Origin: Parasitella parasitica NRRL 2501
Taxonomy: Eukaryota; Fungi; Mucoromycota
Assembly (NCBI GenBank): GCA_025201805.1
Contig: MU619258.1
Span: 143,455-207,454 of the forward strand
Direction of reading: 5' to 3'
DNA length: 64,000 nucleotides
The number at the start of each line of letters is the position of its first letter. The first letter of the stretch is position 1. The translations under genes were made by a program, and so were the position numbers. The notes beneath the pieces are model-generated. The model was not told the origin of the DNA and did not search any database. It worked only from the letters and a program-made list of their open reading frames with translations. Positions 53,285 to 64,000 of this stretch are shown one piece after another.

Positions 53285-54457
53285 CTAATTACCTGCAAGC
53301 TCTTGATCCGTTGCCATGGTTATAGGACTATTGATGCTATCATCATGTCCACCACGTTGTAACCAAGAATTGATTTGATCTTCCGTTACATCATTGTTTA
53401 TATCATCAAGAGAGCTTTGATACAAAGAGTGTTGCTGCAAATACAAATCCATATCCATCATTGAGGAAGGGGTATATAAAGGCATGATTGAAGTACAGGT
53501 ACTATCGTGACCAAATAGATGATAATTATTATTATTGTAACCATCATCATATAGGGAAGAAGTAGTAGATGAGATATCATCGGAAACAACGGAAACACGG
53601 CCAGATGCATCAGTCACTAAACGAAGTTGAATGGAGGACAAAGTACTAACACTACTACAGTCATCCTCATCATCACTGTTTGTGTTATTGCTATTTGCCA
53701 CCAGTGAAGGAAGTGTTGACTTGACAAGGTTATTATATATTATTACATCTTTTGGCTCTTCAGAGTTTTTAAGATTGTCCATCATTTTCGACTTTGCTCT
53801 GAACAGTTTCTCTCGAAGATTTCTACCAAGCAGAGTGATATTCTTTATGTCTTGTTCTGCTTCAGGAACGCGGGCATCTAATTGTGTCGAGGAAGGGAGT
53901 GTCGAGTAAGGTCTGATTTGTCGACTCAATGCCTTTAGCTCTTGGAGGTTCATCTTATGTTTACCATTGCATGGTTTGCCCAAGATGATCTTTTTAGATT
54001 TGGTCACCTTTCTTGGTTTTTGCGAGGATAGCGAAGGTAGAGAAGAGGACATTAACTTGTTTTTCTTTTGATAATCCTTTGGTGAAACAGTATTGGTGAA
54101 TAATGAAGAGCAAGTGTTGGATGGAGAAGTAGAGAGAAGAGGAGCTGCATGGCTAGAGTATATGATTTGTGAGAATCAGCAAAGAATTGAAGTAATGTCA
54201 GCAACTTACCAAATCATATTTTGGGTATACACAAACGAATTCATATTCAATACTTGACTGGACTCCATTTTCATTCCAAAGATAAGATGAGGAGAAGAGA
54301 AGGAAATGGCTTCAACGATGGCTTGTTCAACTTGTACTAAATACCTTTCTAAAAAAAAATTGGGACTTGTGAAAACACAAGGCAATGAAAAAAAATTTCA
54401 ATAAACGAAATGCTACTTAGATAAACAACTGTACTTTGTATTATTGAGTGTATGCAT
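53285..54457 (-). CDS. Hypothetical Ser-rich protein; 5' exons uncertain
   Basis: 255-aa ORF 54052..53285 stays open upstream to an acceptor at ~54152; candidate upstream exons at ~54343..54210 and 54457..54435. Confidence 0.55.
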
Positions 54458-55235
54458 TGTAGTGTACAAAATAGAAAAAAAGGGCTAATGGTGATACATC
54501 AAATTTAACCTAACTGATCCAGCTTTTTCTGTTGTTTTTTCCTCTCTTTTTGTTTCTCCAGGATACAAAAAATATTACATCTCTTGCAGAAATCTAAAGA
54601 TATCCGTTACAGTTGTTCTGTATGTAAAAATAAGGGCATTTAGAAGCGGAGACCTGTCAATTGTTTGTCAATACGAACAAACATTGTTATGCCTTGGGTA
54701 TTGATATGAAACCTTGCATATTTGATATTCCGATTATTTCTTATCATTCATAACTCGATCAAGAAAATGGGCAAAACCAAACAATTGAAGACATTATGAT
54801 CTTGAAAACTGAAGAAGAAAAAAACAAAAAATCCATTTCTAGCTTTGAATTAATGATTAAGGAGTGCATTGCATGAGTTTGTTTACGTAAATATATGTTT
54901 TCTCAACTTGTAGCGATAGTTTCATGTTTACAGAGTTTTTTGTGTAATAATGCTTTACCGAACCATTGGCAAGTATGTTTGTGAATACACAAAGTCAGAA
55001 ATGAGCGGCATATATATAGTTTCGAGCTTTACAGTTATTTGTAACTGCAAATTTGATATAAAACTACTACTTAAAGCTTACAATGTCGCTGGTAGATGGC
55101 ATCATATCATATGGTTTCGTATACAGCAAATAATACAGTCTGATGCAAACATAATGTAGGATATGAAGAGATTTAATTTATGTATGAGTGCATTGTTATA
55201 CCACCTTTTGTTTATGCATAAACATCCAAGATATA

Positions 55236-57732
55236 CTATATAAACCCTTGTTTATTAATTGATAAAGACAGGTACAGCAAACCAGGGGCAGAAACAGTGA
55301 ACTTCAGATAAGCATTGACACCTACGGCAGCTATGAGAGCAAAGCAAATTACAGTTGGACCAATCATCTCATCATAAGGTCCTGCTAATCTAGCTTTAAT
55401 CAACTCTCTTCGTCTGTAATACAATCCAACACCATAGATCAATGTAGAAAGAGCAACCAAAGTATACAGCACACCGCTAATCTTGCCAACGACATCACCC
55501 GTGCTGAACAATGCCAGTGCAAATGTAGACAGCATGACACCGAATTTCATCCATGAAAAATAAGTTCGCTCGTTAGCAAAGAAAACCTTGGGCTCAACCT
55601 TAATAGGTGTAACCACCTTCTTGGGATTCTTTCACCTGGTGGTAAGACAAAGTGTCTATGATCATCATTCTCATTACTAGGATGACCACTGATAATACAG
55701 CCTAATTACTCAGGGAACTGCGTAAATTTTTGCCATACATTAAAAGAAGAGGGTTCTCCTTGCTCTAAACCCAATGAGCTAGCGCTTGGTATGCCCAAGT
55801 AACTTGTAGAAGGTTGGCTCGATAAAGGCAATGTATCTTCATTGACATTCTGATCCTCCAAAGGACATGATTTGGTTGGATTTTTGCATAAGGCAGTGGG
55901 TGCTTGTTATAACAAAGTTGGAAGTAATTTGCGATCATCGTCAATTTGTGCGAGCTAGTACGGTAGCAAGGGCACACGGTTCTCAAACATGATAGCCATA
56001 CTATGCACAAACTTTGAGAATCAATAGGCTTTCTCTATTAGATCACTACTCTGTAGATCAGTAATCCATTTTGGTTCGTTTTCACCAGGCTTCAGGTCCA
56101 ATATGGTTTCAAAAGTAGCATATGAATATCTGTTTACTTCAATTTTTTTCGTTAGGTTGCTGAAAGGGATGTTTATATCAGCATCAGGTCGTCTCCAGTT
56201 GTCTTTGGGTCGACGTATAACAGGTCCATTAGGAAATAATCCAGAATCTTCTCGTATATAGCAAAGACCAATATTCAAAACCATCCTGACAGTAGAATCT
56301 CCAGGAAATTGAAATGCTGTTCGTTTGTAATAAAACCTCAAAATTGGCTCCATATGCTTTTCCATAATTTGCTTTTGTACTTGCTGTACGAGGTCAGAGG
56401 ATTCCTTAAAATCTCGCTCCGACTTGCCGTTCATCCCCATTTTTGACATTTTTCAGCAAGAATGTCTCGTCGCCTTGTAGGAATCCATGGATATACTTAT
56501 CTTTGATGGTAAACTTGTCTTTTTGATCTCTTTGACTTTTGCCTTCTAATTTATGTCTTTCCCATGAGATAAAGTGATTTTTTTCAAGTAGTCCCCGGGG
56601 CAGACGCCCCGGGGTAAACCTACCTAAATGCGCCAAGGGGCCGCTCTGCGGCCCTTGGCATAGTTAATTATCCAGACGCTAAGAACATTCGAGCTGATTG
56701 TACTAACATGAAGTTAGGTAAAATGTATTTAGATGCTACATATAGTAAAACCATAAGTAGAAGAAATGCGAATGATACTTGGTTTAAGAAATAAAATGGA
56801 ACTAATTGTGGCATTATTTTCTAAAAATTATTAATACAGAGCCGTACCAGCGCAAACGGATAATTTAAGAGTCATAAGCACACTCTACTCGCGAGCAATA
56901 TGAATCCATGTCTGCATTATCCAAATATAACGACCATATAGGAGGATCTACGTCTTCCTTACTGCTGTTATTGCTACTTTGATAAATCAACACAGTAAAT
57001 GTCTCAGTACATATGTCTTCAACTCCAACACATCATTTGTGCGCACGAAGAGCTTTTTGACGACTGTACAACGAGCATCCAATCCAAATTCGGGTGTCTT
57101 GATCAAACTTGTAGACAATAGTTGCTGAAAAGACATCGATTTGAGACTACCATTATTGCGTATCTGACTAAACAAGAATGACAGCTTGATCAGCAGAGCA
57201 TTGTTATCTTCCTCCTTCTTCCAAAATGGGCATTCATTCAATCGGACCATGAACATGGGTTTAAGAATGTAGTTTGTATGGCGATCGTGCTTCTTCACAA
57301 TCTTGAGAAATCCAGTGTAATTGAAACGGGCAAACTTTCTAGTTTATTCAGATCATCAGCAATACTATTGATTTTTTCCTGCATTGAAGACAATGCGGAT
57401 GTGTTGTTAGTCTCTTGGCTTGGAACCAGTTCCGATAATTTGTCTGGATTTGATGCTGTACAAGAGTCGATGTCGCTTTGGATACGACTTAATTGCGCTT
57501 TATGGAAAGCGTTGATCTTTTTCCTTGGTTATTAAAGCTTGAGACGTTTAAGCTTTGTACTTGCCTTTTCCAGATTACTGTCTAAAAGCTCAACAAAATC
57601 GGTTTCATCCCTTTCTATGAATGCTCTGTCTTTCTCGGCTTTTCTCAGTTTCTTCTTTAATAAATCATAATCAAGATAGTAACAATGCCATTCTTTCGAG
57701 GTAGCTTTTTGTAAATGTGCTCCAAATCTCAT
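55236..57732 (-). pseudogene. SPX-VTC-DUF202 (Vtc2/3/4-like polyphosphate polymerase complex subunit) pseudogene
   Basis: MRFG (SPX), FNYTGFLKIVKKHDR, IRLRWYG, YKRTAFQFPGDSTVR, KVEPKVFFANERTYFSW and 3 TM segments. Broken by frameshifts (~57337, ~56995, ~56455 and others), an in-frame TAA at ~56866 and a 252-bp insertion. Confidence 0.88.
56585..56836 (-). mobile_element. 252-bp non-autonomous Helitron-like insertion with two GC-rich hairpins
   Basis: Removing it restores RWYGS-EKNHFISWER. Hairpins CCCCGGGGC-agac-GCCCCGGGG and GCCAAGGG(G)CCGC-tct-GCGGCCCTTGGC lie just inside a CTTG end. Confidence 0.7.
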
Positions 57733-60309
57733 CTTGAAAATGAAAGCCTACACAAAAAAAAAAGAAAGAGAAGAGAAATGTCAAATCCAAACTCTATTTA
57801 GGCAGTTTTTGTATTGTGTTTGCCTGAAAAGACGATAATCTTCTATAGAGCCAAACTACATACACTTTTCTGCTGAAAGTTAGGTTCCGTAACACTAAAG
57901 ACTAAACAGTACAGTGCTTTTGTCACAGCCAGCAAAAGTTATATTAGCCAACCCAGCTTAAATCAACACAGAATTACTCTATCAAGTGCAGTAAACATTA
58001 ATGGAGGTTTGAAAACTAGCTTTGTAATTAATACTTGCTATTTCTTCGTATTTAGGCGAGTTTACATTTACCTGATTTCTGATAACAAACCTTTTATTAT
58101 TGATAAAAGCCGAGAAATTTCTGAGAGAAGAGAAATGTCTCCCTAAGAATATTTCCAGTAGGTTTTCTATTAAAGATTAAAAATGCCCAAGAATAGGGAA
58201 CATTTTAACATGATATGCGAAATTCCGATGCCTCAATTATTGATCAAACAGCCATTGTGCAGGAGCAATATAATAGGTATTTTTAAATGAATGATTATTT
58301 GGGTTTTTATTATCCCATTTTTGAATGCAATGAAACCATCAAAGTACCAAATTATCAAATTATCAAACTGAAAATATTAATAAGGCATTAATTTTTACGT
58401 ATCTGTCAAATAATGCATTTACACAAAGAAAAATCATAGCAGATTCAGCAAATGACAACCTCTATTTTTGTAAGTTTGCATTATCATTTTATGTTAGATC
58501 TGATGCGTTAAGTCAGTATATCCAATATCAAGAACAGTCAGGACTCGATATAACAGACGAGTTGGTGTACAAAAATTTGTTTGGTATAGCAAGTTATTCC
58601 CTATTCAGAATTTGATACTCTACAGTCCAGTGCCTGGAACCTGGAATCTGGAACCTAGAATTTACCAGAAGCTTATTAGGAAGCTCTGACTATTATTAGT
58701 AAAATTACTCTCAATCTCAATCCTAACCTCTATTCTAATTTCTGTTTTACATGTTTAGCATTAGAATCACAAAAAAAGGGACTCTTAAACTGACATTAGG
58801 CATTATTATAAATAACAAAGGAAAAAGGGCTTCTCTGTCACTAGCAATTAGCAACTTGTGAATTATCCACAAATCACAAGGGGTCATTATAGCAAAACAT
58901 TGTATTTATTATTTATCCTCTTCTGCTTCCAAATCGATGAAGCACACCTGTTTTATCATATTACTATGAAAAAAGGTATACTTGTGACATCAAAAATACC
59001 TGCTTTATAGAGCTATGTCATGTACTAGAATTGATATTGACGTGATATTATCTCCAGATAGATAGCTTGTATAGCTTAAAAGCAAGAACTTTAGCTTCGT
59101 GTGCCATTTTTCAATGGATTTTTATAATCAAAAGAGCCCTGAAAACACCAGAAATAGTATGCATTGGGAAAAAACTACATTATATATGATTTTGGTGCAA
59201 TTTGAGCATGATTTTTTTTTCGATGCAAAATGATGGATTTTTTCGATTTTTTCCTTGTATCCACGCATCCAAAATCATCGATTATGCATTATCTTCGATT
59301 TTGATACCAAAAATGCAACTTTTTACTATATCATATATTAGAAGAAAATTATTGTAAAAGACCCTTTAATGATCTGGAAGACCGGAAAAGCGCTCTAATT
59401 AAGCAAAATATTGACTTTTCCCTCTTAATCTGTTTTTGAGATTTTTCGGCAGAATTCCTTCCATAGGCATACGGGAATTGCGAAAAGATACCAGCTTGTA
59501 AAGCGCCCAAAAATACAGCTATTATCATAGATTGACAGCCGTGGTATGCATAGTACAAGAGGATGATATTTTGCCCCAAAGGAGTAATTTTGTTTCTTTT
59601 TATCCAAATCGAGTTTCTGGAAGAAATAATTCTTCCAGATCTTAGACGCTTTTAATCTCCGCTATTAAAGAAAAATAGTGCTTTTTGAAGACAGTTCTAG
59701 TTTTGAAAAGCCATAGCATACCCAATTCAAAAGACAAACAATTGCAATTTAATTTATATGAGTTGTGTGTTTCTCGGCTTTCTAATGGTACCAGTTACAT
59801 TTTTTTTACCTGGCCTGACAATCTCATGCTCCGATTTTGAAAGATATTTTTCCGAAACAAGCCAGAGAAAAGTCGCTACCTTCATCTGATGTCAACTTGA
59901 AAAGCACAAACATTTGCTCTAAACTATGCAAATGCGTAATCGAAAGGTATTTTATAATCTAATACACTATGAATTACTTGTTCTTGTGTTCGAGATTGCT
60001 AAACATTGCTTTTGTACAGTTTTTGTCTTTTTTTCTTACAATGACACACTGAAGTTTGCGTAGACCCAAAAAAAAAAAAAAAAAAAAAATTAGGCGCCTA
60101 AAATCTACGCTGACTTTGCAAAGATACACACTTTTGAACCATTCCTATAATATGGAAAAGATGGCACAGGTCTGACTAGCTGTTCTATTGTGCAACTGGA
60201 TATAGATAACCCTGCTTGGATCTTGTCTGACAAGACCTTCTACACTAGAAGACGCCAGATCAACTGAAGGTATGAGAAAATGCCGGAGGAGAGGAAACAA
60301 TTTGCCACC

Positions 60310-60440
60310 AGGACGACACACTCATACATAAAAAAAAATTATCTGTTTAGAAATTTTGAAATCCTAAGGACATAAATGTGTTTATATTCAACCTTACTCT
60401 CCGTTCCTGAATCCATTTAAACGTTTTTGATGCAAAGTCA
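60310..60440 (+). mobile_element. IS630/Tc1-mariner transposase C-terminal fragment, degenerate
   Basis: DDTLIHK...GHKCVYIQPYSPFLNPF..F*CKV, corresponding to the DNA.IH / LPPYSP.LNPIE..W motifs. Confidence 0.65.
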
Positions 60441-60779
60441 ACAGACACACTTACGCCCAGAATCACAGATGTCTGTCAATAGACAACCGCAAACTTTTTG
60501 AAAGAACCTTGAAATTTTGGAACTTAAAGATATGATGTAAATAGCTTTTTTCACAATACATTCTCTTTATTTTCTCTCTTTGAATGAAACAAAGCAAATT
60601 ACTCATTTTCTCTAAATATAAAAATCCCCACTTAGGGAGACATTTCTCTTCTCTCAAAACCTTCTTAGCTTTTATCAGAAAAAAAAGGTTCAGAAACCCT
60701 AGTATCATCACAATCACTATGACCTTTATCATTTACTTGAACTTTTTTTTAAGAAACCGCAAAATGACAGCATATCCTC

Positions 60780-61650
60780 CAGCTATTCTGCAGGTCTTGG
60801 TTTTTTTTTACAACAACTGCAATCAAACCTGCCGCAGAAATAGCACCCATTATAGACGTTGTGTTTGCTTTCCTAGTTGTCCTGGTAACGATAGCACGAC
60901 TACCTTTGCAGACCAAGCTTTAGAGCGTTTCATGTTTATATCAAAAGCAGACTCATCAAGAAACACGCAATTTGTCAAAAAGTTCATATCTGTAGTTTCC
61001 CACTTACAGACCCAATCATGCCGTTCCTCCATTTTCGCTGGACTATTTCTCTGGATAGAATGAAGATCTGCTTTTTTCAATAAAAGATTGCATTCACGTC
61101 TCATAAAGTTATAAACAATGCTGCGTGAGGCTTTAAGATCATGAAATCGCTTCAAAAAATGCTCGGTCACTTCAACAACAGCAGCAGAGGGATTAGCATC
61201 AATAAAGTTGACAACAATTGCTTCATGCTCTTTGGTTAAAATGCATTTACGACCTACGTTTTTACAGCTCTCAAAAATACTATCAGGAAACACATTATAC
61301 TGTCTAATCCATCTTTGAAAAGTTCGAATGTGAATGCCTAACTGCTTCGTTGCAGCTGATGCACTCATGCGCTTTTCAATCTTCAGATCGAAAACCTAGC
61401 TTTACCTTGGACAGTATTAGTATAGCGCATAATCCAGTTTTGCATTTGTCTCCTTTATTCGGATATCTTTATCTTTTGGTGTTTCTATCAACATTGGGCA
61501 AGCCAAAAAAGATTCACTGGCTGCCGTGGTTCTCAAGTATTCAGAATGAGTTGCAATTGTCTCAACAATACAGTTCATGGGGCCCAGGGCCACTATTCTC
61601 ATCAACGACATTCCCATGCCCATCTTCAAATAAAAATACTGTACTCATGT
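60780..61650 (-). mobile_element. IS630/Tc1-mariner transposase pseudogene (HTH and first part of the DDE domain)
   Basis: SASAATKQLGIHIRTFQRWIRQY, GRKCILTKEH, NCVFLDESAFDINMKRSKAWS; then a frameshift to TTSIMGAISAAG and truncation. Confidence 0.88.
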
Positions 61651-64000
61651 TATAAAATGTAAAGTGTTCCAAAGAAAAATCACACACAGAAGAAAAGAAT
61701 TCTCTTTTATATTAGAAATAACGACTTCCACTTATGGAAAACGCAAAATTGATTTTGATCCATCATTTCTGATTGACTTGCGACATCAATTTTGATTGGT
61801 TACGACTTTACTTGTTGGAAGCACTGTGTGTACAGTACAATATCGTCTTCAGATTGGTAAAATATATAATCGCAAAGAAAACTAATGCCCAATCACAAAT
61901 ATAAAAGTAAATATAAAAGTTTCGTGTTAATGTGTAGTATATTGTGATAATCAAATTTCACGCTGCCACTGGTAACGTACCTGTTAAAAAGTCGAATATA
62001 CAGTTGGTTGCGTCAGGTGTCTAGGTTTTAACACATTCTTTGCCGTTGTTAAAGACATTACTGCTTTTAACAATAATCCCGTGTTCGCCCTTAGGGTGGA
62101 GCAAAAGTTCGTGCCTTTTAAGCTTTGTATGGTCCTCTCTATCACCACTGATATTCATATGCACTTGTACTGTTCAAATTATTGTATAAAATAAACTTTC
62201 TTATAGAGCTTGAACAAGTTTTTTACTGTTCTATACGTACATCTTTGTATATATTATATATTTTCAAAATAGAAGGTAGAATGTAGATTCAGCATAATCT
62301 ATAGTTATATTAAGATATCTTGATAGAATCTCGTTTTTTTGAGTTTGGGCTCCTTGATTAATTATTGCATATCAAGTTTGCACAGACAGAAACGTGTCAT
62401 ATATATCAACCAAATATTCGATAGCGTTTTAGCACTTTTCTGATTTTAAATGCTACAACGATGGTCAATCCCTTCGGTCCATCACGAGACACCATATTTT
62501 TTGTGATGACAAAAACCTTAACCATTTCTTAAAAATATACTGTACGACTCTATTGACTTATTATGTATAGCATCTAATGAATTGGATTTTAAGGTTTTTA
62601 TAGATCAAAGATGTCCCGTAAAACACGCTCAATAAATCTCTCATCACAAGTTGCGACTCTTCCATTCCTATCAAAACGTGTTTAATCTTTTTGTATACAA
62701 TATTTCAATAAGAAAGGGCTTTTGGACTATTATGGAAAGATAATTAAAGGGGGCATGATTTATCATCATATACTGGTTTATAACAATGGCAGTCGTCAGA
62801 TCAAAGAAACTCAGGGACATTGATTATGGTGTACGGATATCTATCATAATAACCAGGCTGAATATTACGTCGCTAAACAAATCAATTAGGTCCAATTTGT
62901 ATGAATATATAAACACTGGGTATTACTATGCAAGTCAGTGCAAACAGACAATATCAGTATGCAGTAATCTTTGCTGTCTGTGTGTACGAGAAGCTACAGA
63001 TATGTTTGTAACTCAGAATGCAGATATTTCCACGAGATTAGTGCTTTTGATTATTCTCTACATTTGCTCGGCACAAGATCATTGACCACTCCTTTACCTA
63101 CATAATGCGTTTTAATGTACAGGCGTAGCTACTACGAATGCCATATCATGATGTTCGATAACATGGCATTTATCTCTCCGGGGAATTAAAAATAAATGTA
63201 TGAAATGTGCAAGACGAGAAACGCAGCTTACAAATAAAAAACTAAATTTGTCGACTTGCTCTGATGGAGCTTTGACACATTATTTTCGAGCTATATATGT
63301 TCAACGATAGATTAATTCACAGAATCTTCCTTTGCATCCTTAAATATCTTGTGATAAATGTCATATTTTATCAATTTCTGGCTAAAATTCACCCATCTGC
63401 ACGGTAGTAGCAATGTGGCTGGCCAATCAATGGAGGTAATTTAGGGTGAACAGTGCTTTTATTCAATGAAATGGCACCAATGTGTGACTTAGTGCACATT
63501 CCCGTCCTACCATAGCATGGCCCGTTATTGCAGGAAACTTGGCCCACGTTTTGACCAGAAGTAAATTGATTTGATTATGACACACACACATTCATCATCG
63601 ACTTTCTTTTTTTATACATTAAGCTCTCGCTATCTAAATGACATTATGTGTATTTATATGTGGGTCGGGAAACCTGAGGAGACCAAAAGGAAACCTCTGA
63701 TTTCATATCCCGCAGGCAATTAATTGAACTTATTCAAGAGGAAACTTCAATAAGTCGACTTATTTGAAGGTTGGGAAACCTGTAATAAATTTATTAGTTT
63801 ATATAGCAGATGATATATGATGCCTCAAATATTTTGCTATATAACTATAACTTTATACATCACAAAAAAAACTAATATATTGTGTAAAAGACTTTTTTTA
63901 TTTAGAGTAATGTAAAAATTAAATCACTATTTTTTGAAAGGTAATCTAATGATTTTTTGTTTCTAACTCGCAGCATTTCTGCTCTTCTAACAGCATCCAA

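Noticed and set aside
61900-64000. Short ORF 62786..63085 and coding-like patches
   Set aside because: No recognisable motif or consistent exon structure; possibly TE debris, but I cannot support a call.

Overview
AT-rich, intron-containing eukaryotic DNA, almost certainly the nuclear genome of a Mucorales fungus (inferred from short GT-AG introns, long poly-A/T tracts, gene content and TE types). It is a draft assembly with several N gaps. It holds about 20 host genes: RPS15 (partial), SRP14, an FMP52/TIP30-like Rossmann protein, two tandem secreted (SSSEE)n proteins, a VPS9 GEF, SAAL1-like, SREBP, HPRT, CMC1, a stand-alone WWE-like microprotein, PRP43, a Cid13/CutA-like nucleotidyltransferase, an SLC35/TPT transporter, a WDR81-like BEACH-WD40 protein, a Ran1/Pat1-family kinase and several hypotheticals. 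There is also an SPX-VTC pseudogene and remnants of Helitron, non-LTR and IS630/Tc1 elements. The standout is an intact, spliced gene of about 972 aa (30964..34009). It has the motif order of a bacterial restriction-modification gamma-class amino-DNA methyltransferase (GQFYTP, DPCLGIGSFL, NPPY, TaqI/Eco57I-like recognition region) and no visible nuclease, so it is a candidate domesticated, sequence-specific DNA N6-adenine methyltransferase. Other points of interest: casein-like SSSEE-repeat secreted proteins, a 4-nt stop-codon overlap between convergent HPRT and CMC1, and a 252-bp double-hairpin insertion in the VTC pseudogene. All family calls come from manual motif recognition; no database searches were run.
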